From assembly GCF_002113885.1 (NCBI RefSeq), contig NW_018405055.1, positions 698,905 through 762,904 of the forward strand: a stretch of DNA of 64,000 nt. The letters are read 5' to 3'. How positions within the stretch are numbered: the first letter of the stretch is position 1; every line of letters begins with the position of its first letter. Shown piece by piece: positions 1 through 28,747 of the stretch. The position numbers and the translations under genes are program-made. The DNA comes from Mizuhopecten yessoensis (lineage: Eukaryota). The notes under the pieces were generated by a model. The model was not told the DNA's origin, did no database searches, and worked only from the letters and a program-made list of their open reading frames with translations.

Positions 1-3000
1 CGTGTGTTGTATTGAATTGCGTTGATTCCATGACAGTATTGGTTGATGTGGTTGTTGTTGATGAGATTGATGCTGGTGCTGCAGTGACAGCCGTTGTGGA
101 TGATGGGGCCACAGCTGCAGTAGTTGGCTGAAGAGTAGATGAAGGGGTGGGTAAAGGAGGTGGGGGTACAGGTTTAGCTGGTTCAGCATCAACAGGCTTG
201 GCATTGAGAGCTTTGCTGGCTGTAGCACCAGACAGTTTGGCAGATTTGGGAGTTTTTCTTGCTTGAGGGAGAATTTCTTTTTCCTGTGAAAAGAAAAAAG
301 CCGGTTACAAATTGTATACTATACATTTTTTAATGTTCATTACAGGCATGAACTATGAAAACAAATGGTATAAATTTAGCTAATAAGAACATGAAAGTGA
401 CGATATACATGTGTACATAAATATAGTCACCAGTTTCATGAAAGGAAACAGTGTTCCTTTCTTAGATACCAAGAAACTGTAATTAAACCTGAAATTCATT
501 ATTTGTGCCTTTGTTACTACTTGAACACTTACTACCTAACCTGCATCAATTAAATAATTGTAAATGCTTTATTTTAAATATGATTAAATATTCATCCTAA
601 TGATTCTACTGTTTTCAAAGTTTCTTAGGTTTTAAGTAGTACTTCATACAAATGTCATTAACTGAACTTGCACCAATTGAAATTACTGGTGGACACCCTA
701 TTCATAAACATGGAAGAATGAATTTAATTGTAAATGGTTATTTATTTTTTATACTATTCCATCTAGTTCAGGTTACTTAAGGGATATTCCATTAAAACAT
801 ACCCCTACCTCCCGGATGGCAAAATATAGAACTTCTGTGCATGGTTGGTGCGAGCAAAAGAAAGCTTCTGTACCACATGCTGATCTGGAGAAAATCACTT
901 CTGTTCATGGTCTTTTATTATCCTTCATTTTAAATAACATCTATGGCATTGTTGCAATACATTAATCCTTCAGCTAATCTGGGAAGACAGCATGTGTGTA
1001 GTCATTTTATTTTGTGTTCTGTCTTTTTTTTTTTAAATTTCAATGTCAGGAAACGCTCGCTTCGAAATCGCGACCGTCTCAAATGGTTAAGGGGAGATAA
1101 CGCTTACATTACATACGGGGCTTTCAAAAGAAGATGGCGGACTGGAAAGCTTTGGGTAGCAGAGTACAGTAGAAATGGCCGAATCCTAAAAATAAAGGGC
1201 ATGTCTCGGATAAACATGGAAAGCTGATTCATCCTGCACAACACACCTACATATATATATATTTATAAACTATTTTGAATGTTTTTTTTAGAAGAATGAT
1301 TTTTTTCTTCAAAAAGTGATTTCCCCAGATTTGGAACTTGTGAAAACCATGGTTACGACATCAAAAAATGCCAAAACAAACAAGATTGTTAACCCAAAAT
1401 TTGACCCCCGCAAGATTTTTCTTTCTTTCTTAAAACCAGTCTAATATCAAATATCACCTAACCAGTAACAGAAATACTCACGTTTTAGCATAGGTCATAC
1501 CGGTGGATTTTTCACAATATATACAGATGTGTCGAGTTCAAAAGTAGACTACATAAAAACCTAGCTTTTGTTGTGTAGATACAGATTTGTAAATGGCCAA
1601 AAAAGTAGTCTCAAACCAAACTCGTTTTTTTTTAAATATGAAGCCCACAGTTTACTTCATCATGTAAATGCCAATTTTAGTGCCTTTTTTTTTTTAAGGT
1701 TTTGATACATGTAATATTACAGGGGTTATTAATTGTACAAAAATATCACCCGTGGCCACCGTACGCTACTGTACACTGCTACCTGGAGTGTGGAACACGG
1801 CAGTTTTCGTATTAACCGTCAAACCTGTCGGACCACAGTTGTTCGTTTATTAAATACAGTTGGACCTAGTTATCTTATACTGCTTTCAGGCGAGTTGTGA
1901 CAAAGCCTCGAAAGGCCTGCATAAACATTTGCAGGTTTGCCAGGATTTATACCCGAAATTGTTACATTTATAAATGGTCAAACCGGTTGTTCCGCATAAA
2001 CGAACAGGCCCCAGGCCTGCGACTGGCTAGAGTTGAATGAGTAAGGGACCGTAACAGGGAAATTTAGAGGTACAACTCGAATTTTACTTGAATGTAAGGG
2101 ATTTATCTTTCAAAAATCGACTCATTCATCAATAAGCCGACGTATAAATCAAGATGAAACCAACTGAGTATATGATTACCCAAATGTCAACGACCACATG
2201 ACGGTCAATTTTCCCCCCTTATAGGTTCGCAATTGATGATATATGGAAATGCAGGTGTGTGTGGCCTCTGATTTGGACTCAGAACAGCATGTCTAGTTTT
2301 TGGCCGATAGTTTACAGATGAAAGTCAGGTGCACCTAAAGCTTTTGGTAATTTTATAACAAACAAAACACGATCAGAGTTATAATACATCATTTGGAATT
2401 GACACTGATGTAATATATATATATATATAATTTGGATGATGCAACAAGACTTGAATATACAAATTAATAGAAATATATTGCTTCTATGGGTGGTCCTAAA
2501 ACCCAGAAATTAAGTTCTATGCTTTGTACCTCCTGGAAAAAAACACTGTGAGTGGTCCCCCTGAAAAAAAAAGTGCCTTCCGGGGGTTGTGGTGTAATTT
2601 CATAGATCCAATGACAATGAAGGATGAACAACAATCTGTTCAGCAAGAGAGCAAATTATGATGCATTCCTGCTGCAGCATTTGTGATCTCAAGAGCATTT
2701 CATCACATTTTCACTGGCTTCTAGTGCACTATCATAGGTTACACAAATTTGTAGCAATACATGTAAAAATGTTGAACAGGTTTGCCTTTATTTTTTTACT
2801 TACTTCAGAGGGCATCTGAGCAACCTTCTGCAGAAAAACTTTTTCTAGCACTTGAGCCATGAGTACAATATCCTGCAAGTAAATGTATAAACTGATCACA
2901 TACATTGTATTAACTAGTACGAGCTACAATAAATTCTGTACAAACATGATAAAACTGTATCCATCACCAAGCTGTTTACCGATTCACAATATATAACAGT

Positions 3001-6000
3001 ATTGCTGAATCCTACAATAGCTTAAACATTCAGATTTTCTTTTAATATCTTTTTGTGCAAATAGCACAAGTGTAGGAATATATTCAGTTTTATTAGAATA
3101 TCTTCAATAAAAAAAATTGTGACCTTGATTTGAAAATGATCCATGGCAGTAAACATTGATAGTGCATTCAAGATTGGCAACACACTACAGTGTAAATACT
3201 TTTGAAGGGAAAAATGCAGTATTTTTTATCATCTTTTCTTATCATTTCATCAAAGTTTTGATGCTTTATTTAGATACACTTTCTTGCTGCCAGTTATTTA
3301 AAAATCGTTCCATTTAATATGCAAGAACTTGAGTAGATCCACCCATTGTGAAATATGATTCATTTTTTTAAGTTCAAAATATACTGAATAAGCCAATTCT
3401 TCTTTTACGTTATCTTTTCTAATAGTGTTATCCTTTTAGACTTCCAAAATTCTTAAATAAACATACATCCAATTGATCCATAACGCCTTTTTTTTTTTAT
3501 ATATTTTCAATCAAGTAACTGCATAATTTTTATTGATCCAACCGCATACATATACATGTCAATGAAAATTATGGTGACAGCATGGTACGAAAAGCTGATT
3601 GCATTGGAGTATCAACAAGAATATTGCAGGGCAGAACAATGTTTGCCCCTCCCATGCCATACTTACAAAAGACAAGGACCACAATAAATCTCACCTCTCC
3701 AGGTTTGTTGTAAATGTAACAATTTGTAAACATCTGGTTAAAGTCTTGTATGCATTCTGTGGCAGAGAAGTAATAATTGGTTTCCAGTCTCTTCTTGATA
3801 GATCCTAGATCCATAGGATGTTTGATTATTTTGTAGTAATCCTGTAAACAAATATAACTGAGAAGTCAGAAGTTTCTAATTGCAGCTTTTTTTGTAGCTG
3901 TGACATAGGCAGTAATAATGAATATGACTCGGAAGCATTTACCAATCTAAAGACAGAATTGTGGAAGTGCCAGCTGTATCGTCAGACAGCAATTTTGACA
4001 CTTTGATTATACAACTAAACAACAAATTGGTCACAACCAGTACAAAAACAAGAAATATTGTCCCAAAATCAGAGAACCAATCATAAAAGAGTAAGTAGTG
4101 TGATCTCCAAAAACACTGAACTAGTCATTTACCCGATATAAAGGGATCTAGAGACTAAAGGTATCAAGGATATAAAGTTTCATCAAAATTCTTTAGTATT
4201 TTCCAAATAAGAAGCCAAGAAGGCATTTGTTGCTCACCTGGAATTTTTTTGGCAATCTTCGTAAAATATTTTTATTCAAAGATTATAAACATAAAGGGGT
4301 ACAACATCCTTCCTAGAAGAGTAGGCTTTTAAATTAACACCCAATTACTCCCCTTCAGCTAATGCCAATCAGCTCTCTGGGAAGCTGCACTTATACCAGC
4401 TGTTTTGATCCAATAGCTGGTTTGTGCTTTACATCCTGTTATCAGCTATGGTTATTTAAAGACAAGTCAGGTTTTGCCCCAACTGCCCAACATAGGTCTC
4501 GAACCCCTCAATCTATTGGTGGAGGGCTAGTGATCATAGATGTCAAGACACCTTAACCACTCGGCCAACACCGCCCCTACGCTTGTACACACTTCGGCCC
4601 CTACACTTACAAACTTCCTATATACTAAACATTATCAGCTTCCTCTATTTTCCTTCTGCTTGCAAATGCTTTGTTTCTACTCACTGGCAAGTTTAAGGAG
4701 TCTGCATCTACAGGTTTATGGAATGGCCAAGCATACTGGTGTCGCCACAGAGCTTTCATGACTGACTTTTGAAGATATTGCAGTTGATTGGTACTACGTC
4801 CGTTACTGGTGGAATTCTGGTTTACAGAACTTGGTGATGCCCCATCATTCAAGTCGGAATCATTCTAAAAAAAAAGTTTTGTCACATGGTAATTGTAAAA
4901 GTGTACTTAATCACTGAACATAAAATGACAATGCTGGTCATCAACATAATATTAAAAAGAACCTAAAATATTCTGTCTGTGGGACAAGTTACAGTCACCA
5001 GGTTCAAATTTAAACATCTGATGGATTAACCAAGGGGTTTGTCATAAAAGTATGGAGTTCCACCCCAACTTCCTGTAGACCTTAAGTTTCAGTTAATGCT
5101 TGACAACAGGAAATTACTTGTCATTGAATAATACCCATCATAGTCTAGGAAATAACTTAATAGACATCTTCGACTAATAAGTGATTCCCATAGACCGTAC
5201 CTAGTGTTTCGCATGGCGATTGTTTATGGGTCTACTGTAAAGTTTGAACACTCCGTGATTCTCATCAAATACAGCAAGTTTCAAAATATCCTGTGGAAAA
5301 GGTCACAATGAAATGTGATCAAATTGATAACAAAAATATGGCTCCACTTTGATGCGGATCCAGGCCCAGGACATATACTTCGCAAATTAAAAACATGGTA
5401 ACTATCAAGAACCAAGGTCAACTGAAGTTTCTTTATATCAATAACATACCAAGTTGTTTTCCATCTTGATGTCCGTGGACCTTTCTGAATCACTTGTGTA
5501 ATTATATTCACTGGCAGAGTTGTGCCTGCCAGGGCTAAGAATGGAGTCGCCTCCTTCCCTGAAACAACCACATACAAGTTAGTGAAGATGCTGCAATAAA
5601 TAACAAATTTTAAAACTGTATTTGATTTTTTTTAGATTGTCTGGCACCTGCTGTTAGTGTTACCAGCAAATAATGGTAATTCAATGTTTTGAGAGTTTTT
5701 ATGACGTTCTAACAGGTGCAAGTGATAAAAATTAAATTTCTGAATTTGCTGAAAATGCTCAAGTCTCCGTGTCATTGATTTTGCACACAAATATTTCAAC
5801 AAATTTTGGAGCTTTACAGTAAATATTTCTAAATTACAGTATTGAATTATTTACCTAGTCATGTCTGTCTGCATTATCTTCCTGTCAGACAATGGGAACT
5901 GTCAGGAACACTAAATTCCTCCTGGGAAACTTTTACTTTCCCAGTCATCACAAGTCAAATAAGGCTTGTGGAAAATTGTAAAATCATCTATCTGTAATGA

Positions 6001-7452
6001 GAGAAAAGATTTCGAACTAGGACCTTGTCATACAAAATCATATGTTAAGATTGCTTTTTGATGCAAAATCAAAGTCTATGACAACACTGTGATAGTGGAA
6101 ATTAATGTACCATTATCATGTGCCATGTACGCCAATGCAAGCTCCCCAAAAAATCCATCATATCCCATACAAGGATAGATAGTTCAGGATTTAATTTCTG
6201 TTCAGGGAATTTTTATTCAGTTTTCCTTGATTGAAGGTGTTGTGATGCAATGTCGGCACTCCTGGGCGACATGTGTAATCAATATCCCATGCTCCGTAGA
6301 CACTAGTCATAATTAGATGCCTAAGCTATGATGTAGCATATTGCACAGCCCTGAATGGTGGAGATTGCTACAATTCATTGCTATAAATATAAACATTAGA
6401 CGAATCACAATTCAACGAAATGCTCTCGACTTGATTTGCATTTAGTTTGATAATGTTTTTTCTAGATTTCCAATATGTCACATGAACTGCAGATTAATTG
6501 CAAGGACATTTTCCTCTTATATCCCTATATACCTACTTCACTTGTCGGTAATATTTGAGCTTCTCCCAGGGGTTAAGTTCACTGATCCAATTACAGTGCA
6601 CTGCACAGGTATACTTCGGGTTTCATAAAGATATTTTTCTTAAAGATTTACTTATTTGAACTTAGATATGTGAATATAATGGTGATCTTGAATTGTATTG
6701 CACAACTTAACCCTTAGATTGCTACCCAGATTTCTAAGCAGAGGGACACCACTGCTGAATTAATTATTGAAATAAATATTTATTTACTTGATTTTTCAAA
6801 TGTGCATAACTTGAAAAATATTTGTTATATGTGAATAAAAGTTCAATGAAAATTGTTCGTTATTGTTTCCAGTTTGTTTTAATGTTTTCAATTCTAAAGT
6901 TGCTTTAGTATTTACCTGTACAGGTGGTAATAAAGGTAAGGATAGGTGAAATTTTTAATTAATCAGATTTAAGCACAAGATAATTTTGAAATTATTTTTG
7001 TCAGCTAATGTGATTGGCAAATGATAACAGAGATAGCAAACTTCATTTTTGACATAAGACGCTGTACATTTACACAGAGATTCTCAGGTATTTCATCAAG
7101 ACTTGCATGTGATTTGCTACAGGTTTCAGGTCGTCATTCAATATATTTACTGTCACACTCGGCATATAGACATATCTTAGCTAAGGTCTAGTTTATGATT
7201 AAATCATCGATAAATAGTTTGAATAAATCAATCGGCACATAACGTATCGCGGTCAATGTTCAATTTGGCCTCACCTGCAGACGACATGTGCGCCTTGGTC
7301 CGCCGATATTTTTCAGTTTGTGTAGGGCACAAAGCCTTTCATTGGAAAGTTACATATTATATTACACCGAAGTATTTCCACATCAACCATGTCAAACCCT
7401 TTATTATCGTTGTATGTGATGCTGGAGAATAAATGTTTACCATCATATTCAT
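1..7452 (-). CDS. BRD3: BET-family bromodomain protein (BRD2/3/4/T pro-orthologue, fs(1)h-like), 5' part with bromodomain 1; continues beyond the window start
   Basis: Minus-strand exons with GT-AG ends, all phase 0: 7452-7441 (MNMM, tentative first coding exon), 4864-4685 (NDSD...[37 protein letters not shown]), 3841-3695 ([49 protein letters not shown]), 2872-2804 ([23 protein letters not shown]), 283-1 ([10 protein letters not shown]... Pro/Thr/Ala-rich linker). WPF shelf, PMDL and YIYNKP are diagnostic of BET BD1. The symbol is nominal because invertebrates typically have one BET gene. Confidence 0.93.
4425..4577 (-). mobile_element. Short tRNA-derived SINE in a BET intron
   Basis: The reverse strand reads GGGGCGGTGTTGGCCGAGTGGTTAAGG (A box)...GGTTCGAGACC (B box). 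It ends in TTTAAATAACCATAGCTGATAACAGGATGTAAA, similar to the 3' tail of the SINEs at 12163 and 18331. Confidence 0.7.
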
Positions 7453-7891
7453 CGCCTCAATCCGCCATTTTCATGACATTTTTTTCTGTTTGAAATTCTC
7501 TCCCACACCTTCGGTTATTACTAGGGTACGCTGCGGGGAATATCGAAAATAATGACAAAACAACCAATCCGAAGACTTCTACTATATGCGTTCGGTCATG
7601 GTATAGCAATAATCCGATTTTTACACTTCATGTTTACTGATCAAAACCTATGGACCGAGAAACAGCATATGCCGAGCATAGCACAGACAACCCAACTGAT
7701 CAGAACGGCATATGCTGTGCGTAGCAGCCTTAAGGTTAAGTGAGTGATACAAACTATTTTTACTTTTATCTTTAACGATAAAAAGAGAATCCAGAAAATC
7801 TTAAACTGGAAATTGTGAACTTATTTGGGGAAAAGGGTATGCTTTATTCATTGTTTGATGAAAAACAATGAATATTACGGTGCAAAGTCAA

Positions 7892-8329
7892 TAGAGGCGT
7901 CACGATTCGCCACAATGCACTTGTACCACAATTATTTATGTTCGGTTCGTTTCACGATATTTTTTTCCTGATTTTCGATAGTCACGATCTGAATATTAGT
8001 GTATGCCGCTTCAGCAGAAACGTCTACAAGACGTTAAATTTCATTGAATGATCTCTAAACCCTCAGCCAAACTTCTGCGAGGATACAATTTTCACAAAGT
8101 ATACATAACAAAAAGGCGGACCGCGGTAAGGAAATGAAAATTTGTGATGCTCCGGCAAGCTTCAAATCAAAAGTGTGGAAACACTTTGGGTTCCTGTGTA
8201 TCGACGGCATATATATCTTATTTTGTTAATATTTTAAAATAAAGGTGTTTCGAATCGAAATAATCAAATAGTGGTACAAATATCAAGATACGTATTGAAT
8301 AGTGGGTAAAGTGTATCGTGACAGCTCTA
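7892..8329 (+). mobile_element. hAT transposon internal-deletion derivative retaining the start of a BED-finger transposase
   Basis: TIRs TAGAGGCGTCACGAT / ATCGTGACAGCTCTA. The 8-bp flanks AAAGTCAA / TAGGTCAA match at 6 of 8 (decayed TSD). Positions ~8134-8195 translate to MKICDAPASFKSKVWKHFGF, the (K)S-x-VW-x-HF start of hAT BED zinc fingers. Confidence 0.75.
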
Positions 8330-8585
8330 TAGGTCAATGGTTCAGTTTTGTGGTTATTTTAGCATTGAAGATGTTCCTCAAACATTGTAAACATTTGTTT
8401 CAGCTGCAGCTAACTGCTGCTGTCAAATCCTTTGTTCTGAAATCAGAGGGATAAACAAGAGCATCTCTCAACCAGTTTGTACGAAACTATCTTGAGAAGG
8501 GGATTGTCACGAAATTGGAAGAAATTCACTTTCTGAAAATCCATGCATTTACGCTATGAAAACTTGGCTAATGCATAGTTCTAAT

Positions 8586-9023
8586 AAGTCTGAGTTTCCT
8601 TTGACATATAGATGTCTGGTGAGGGGCCAGAGTACACTGCTATATGAAAACTCGAGTACTCTGACACCGTTTGGAATTGGGGAACAACAAATCAACAAAA
8701 AGATGCGGTCCGGATATCTTCTAAACAAAGAATACATTCCGTTTCGAGTCCGGATCAGTACAGTTTGTTGATTAGTTACCCCATGACCTACAAAAAGCTG
8801 TTGGCGATTATAAGATCTGATTTGGATGAATAAATAATCCATTTATCGATATATGCAAATTGTCATAGACTCGTAAATTTTCGTTGTCAGCACCTCATAA
8901 CTTGCAGATACCAAACGGTGTCGGATAATTCCATGTTTTCATATAGCAGTGCGCTCTGGCCCCACACCAGACATCTGTCAAAATGTTCAAGTCTGGTGTT
9001 AGGGCCAAAGGAAACTCTGGCTA
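8586..9023. mobile_element. MITE with ~100-bp imperfect TIRs, TAG-terminated (Academ-like)
   Basis: The left arm GAGTTTCCTTTG...AGATGTCTGGTGAGGGGCCAGAGTACACTGCTATATGAAAAC...GACACCGTTTGG is mirrored by CCAAACGGTGTC...GTTTTCATATAGCAGTGCGCTCTGGCCCCACACCAGACATCT...CAAAGGAAACTCTGGCTA. Superfamily inferred from the termini only. Confidence 0.75.
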
Positions 9024-10299
9024 GGTTCTACATAACCAGATCTGCCCTTAATTTGCACAAGAAAATTTTGAAACTGTCAACCTGACCTCTACCTCTTGAG
9101 TCGTTACTTTCTTCAAAGCCTAAGATAACCGATGATCTGGGAATTACTTCTAGTAACTTAAGGTAAAATAATGCCAAAATATACACGAACATTGTTGATA
9201 CCTATTTATGGCACATCATTGCGTGGCGTTTAGATACTGCATTTACATATTCAATGTACCGCAACACTGCCAGATTGGTAAAAATCCACATTAAACAAGT
9301 AATATTGACAATGGCCTGCAAGTTTCCTCCAATCATTTGCTCAGCATCAAACATGCTCTACCGAAGACTAATAGGACATTGCTACCTGTGATCAGCAGAT
9401 GTCATTACACCAAAACACCTGTTTGTAATATATGAAGCGAATGTAAACATACTGCTGCCACATTGTTGGAAATCTGCATGGTATGAAGTCTGCACATCAG
9501 GATTTCTCTGAACAGAACCAAATTTGGTACACGCAAACATTTCCTTGTGGACAAGGTACCTATTTTATCTAACTGCACTGTACAATCTGATTTTGTTGAG
9601 AGTTTGACCCAATTTCACTCAACTACAACTTCCTCTCCATCAATATTCATCTACAAAATGAACTCCAATTAGTTTTTTATAATGGGAAAATACCGAAATA
9701 GACCTCCAAAATACTGTATTGTATTAAATTAAGATTAACCATACACAGCAGCACCATCAGCCCTCCCCCATTTCTTTTCAGAACTATTACACGACTAAAC
9801 ACAAACAAAGTTATCCAAAGCATGTTTCAACTAAGCTGTTTAAAATAAGCACGATTCTTTACACAAAGCATCATATGCTTATGAATCAGAAAGAGCATCT
9901 CACGTGGTTCCGGAACTTGTAATGCAATGGCGAGTCTCGTGCAACTTCAATGAAAGATCAACAGCAAATATTGCAATAATAAATGGACACATTCAATAGG
10001 CTTTAATGCATAAAAACAATAAATATAGTACTCGTAGTCTCGAGCACTACTCAAAACTTGCTAGTGTGCCATTCAAACGTTCGGTCGTATCGACGATACT
10101 GCCGATGTTCAGGACCCTTTCATACTGTACTTCCGTTACAATGAACGATGTTTATTATAAAATAGAGCTTTAATTTCATAATTTCGTGTGCTGTTTTAAT
10201 GACAGCGGATTCATAGATGTTCGAACTATGTTTGGGTCAATAATAATTATAATTCTTAACGATATCTAGGATTATTTTCGTGAAAATCCACGGAGCCCA

Positions 10300-11122
10300 A
10301 ATGCGAAACTGTATTCTACAATGGCGGCATTGCACAAGAGTGTACTAGTCACGTTTTTAGAGCCATTGCAACGAGTTCCAGAGACACTGAAAATCAAAAA
10401 TTTACACTAAGTACCCTGAACTGTTGGCCGGGGCATTCTGCTGAAACCTTTGCAGTGTCGGATGGCTCTTCAAGACCATTCTATCCGCTAGATTCAGCAA
10501 GGCTCCATTATCATCCGTCAATAACATTACCAACCATCCCGGCGACTAAATAGTTTATATACCCAAAATTGAAAATGCGACAATTTCATTGGTCAATACG
10601 CGTCACATGATTTTGACCTATTTCAAAATATCCTTATTTCCCAGAAATTAAGAAGTTTTAGAAGATGCGAACTACATGTTAGTAATCATGAAAGTTTTAG
10701 ACTAATCTCTACATCAAATTCGGAAATTATCCTAGGTATATTCGACATAAACTTCGATGGTTTCACACGCACAAATGACGACTACGTCCAATATCAAAGT
10801 TGGTCGTACATGATTGGTCAACAAAATCACATGGTAAAGTTGAAGTTCAAAAAAGTAAACTTAAAGTGAGAATCCTTTTTCTAATTCATCAAAAATTGTT
10901 CTATGTAGAAGAAATGTTTGAATCTGTAAGAAAAACGTATTATCTTTGTTAAAACTATTTCTCATCGCAAACCGGCAAGCCAAAATCATTGCGCATGCGC
11001 TTTTTCCATATCCCCATGTGCAATGGAGAACAAGAGATAGCGGGACTTCCTCGAACACGACCTACAACTGGTTACTTTGATTATCAGATAGCTCCCATTT
11101 CCGATATTTAACACAAATTACC
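10300..11122. promoter_or_regulatory. Likely WDR5 promoter and non-coding first exon within the divergent BET/WDR5 interval
   Basis: CpG-retaining stretch with a YY1-like ATGGCGGC (10321), inverted CCAAT boxes (~10588, ~10812), an NRF1-type palindrome TGCGCATGCGC (10990-11000) and an ETS core ACTTCC (11045). A strong donor CC|GTAAGT at 11122/11123 could splice to the acceptor at 12708/12709, 12 nt before the WDR5 ATG. Confidence 0.55.
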
Positions 11123-12162
11123 GTAAGTTGATTCATACACTTACAAACGTTTTACAGTGTGGTATAACTCTTAAAAGCAGCACCACACCTGCTATGGTAC
11201 CTCTGTTTACATTTGGAAATACCCTGAGAGCTGATTTCTACTGCCGGTACATAGTTAAATTTCATAAAAACATTGTATTGTATTTTTTGCGCATTATTAT
11301 TTTGTTAATAATTTAGGCTATATGTAATGCAACCCAATTTACATTCATGCGATATGTCTCTCAAATAACTTGCAATTGACAGTAATTGTAGAAATATGGG
11401 TTGAAAAATAACTAAGTCTAAGAAGGGAGGACCCAAATTGGATCAATTTCTGCAAAAATACCTCTTAACCAACAAATGTGTCAACAGTTCAGTTATAACA
11501 TTGATGAAGCCAAAAAATACATAGCCACGTATCATTTTTGTCTACAGATAGTTAATTTTTAAATTAAAATAACACCATAAGTTGTATTTAAATTGTAACA
11601 GATGAAAAAATTGCCTCCGTCCTTTTCATAAGTCTTTGCCCCCAAAGACAACTATTTACAACCCAGGTTTGGGTATCCCCTTGCCAAGCGTACACCATTT
11701 TGGTCTTAGTGTTGCATGTGAAGAAGGCAATGTGTTGTTTCTGAGACAGGGACAAACCATCCTCGATACTCAGGGGTTATGTTCACTGTGGTTGACTCTG
11801 CACCCGAGAAATATGTCAAAGTAAAATTGAAGGCTTAGTGTACACCACCTTGTGGATGAGACGAGATCACTAGTTTGATCATTTGATATACATCAAAAGA
11901 ATCTATCAGTCACATAGCAGTTTATTGACTGGCTTTGAAGTCAGGTGTTGCTCCTCTGTCATCTTCAAGGGACATGTATCAGCCTAGCGATTGGTCAGGA
12001 TTATTTTTACATTGTACCAATCAAATAGCTAGCCCTGTGCCTTAAGTTTTGCTATGACATATTCCAGAGGTGAAGAGAGCGAAAGGGAGTGTAGCCCCTT
12101 AAGTATTGAGGATGGGGACAAACAAAAGTCCCTAAAAATGGAAGTTGTTCCAATCGTAGCAA

Positions 12163-12398
12163 CTGGTTTAACTGTTAGAATTGTCAGTATAATGTAACCA
12201 GGCGGAATACTATTGTGCCTTAGGCATGGTATTTCAGTGAGTTAGCACTGTAAAGTTGGCATCAGATCTGTGCTATTGCAATGAGGCGAAAACACTTGCA
12301 TACCCTGCCTCCACAGCACACATACACACAAGCACACATATATTACACACATCAAGGCATATCCTTAAATGACCTTAGCTGTTGATAGGACATTAAAA
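12163..12398 (+). mobile_element. SINE body and tail, diverged (same family as 18331-18631)
   Basis: GTCAGTATAATGTAACC...TTCAGTGAGTTAGCACTGTAAAGTTGGCATCAG...(CA)n-like tract...CCTTAAATGACCTTAGCTGTTGATAGGACATTAAA aligns to the reverse complement of 18331-18631. Confidence 0.75.
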
Positions 12399-12720
12399 TT
12401 CATGCATGCATTATTGGCGATATGGTTTGTCAATTCAATTACATGTCTACATACCCATATAAAATGTTAATACATATGTAGAATGTTTCTAGTTTCCTGA
12501 GTCTTATTTCTTCATGAAAGGTATCGGGTAAATACCTTTCATAGCATTCACTTAAAAGAAATAGAGTATTTGCTCCATTCAATGAAATATAATGGTTATT
12601 AATGAAAATGAAAAGAATATCTTAATTCACTTTTTCCCATTCTTATAAATTTTCAAACCGTAAGAATAAAGTGGCTTGATGAATAAATTCCATTGTTTTT
12701 TTTTGTAGGATATAAAGTAG

Positions 12721-28388
<15,668 letters not shown>

Positions 28389-28747
28389 TGCTGTTGTATG
28401 CTCATTTTTCTATCCATCACCCATACATCATGTGTCAGACCACCAGTGATATTCATAGTCACTCATCCCACAACTGAGAACAGCAACAGACACGAGACTT
28501 TGTATCTTTTGATACTGAGCGAAGTCAACAGTTTACTGGAAGAGCAGCATTTGGAAATGTTGCTATTGTTGAAAAGACATCAGGAGTTCCCAATTTACTG
28601 AATTTTTCTTTCAAATGAAGTTTCCAATGCATTTAGATTCAAAGAGTGTTATTTGAAAACTAAAACAGCATGTTTTTTTAGATTCTTTGCAATGTCTTCA
28701 GACAAAATTCTATCTACATGTTCTGTAACAGCAAAATAACCTCTTTG

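Noticed and set aside
778-2612. Possible old TIR transposon with nested inserts in a BET intron (CTCCCGGATGGCA versus TGCCTTCCGGGGG)
   Set aside because: The inverted similarity is short and the ends and TSD cannot be defined by eye, so I left it uncalled.
4480-4577. tRNA gene
   Set aside because: A and B boxes are present, but I cannot fold a proper cloverleaf and it runs into a SINE-type tail.
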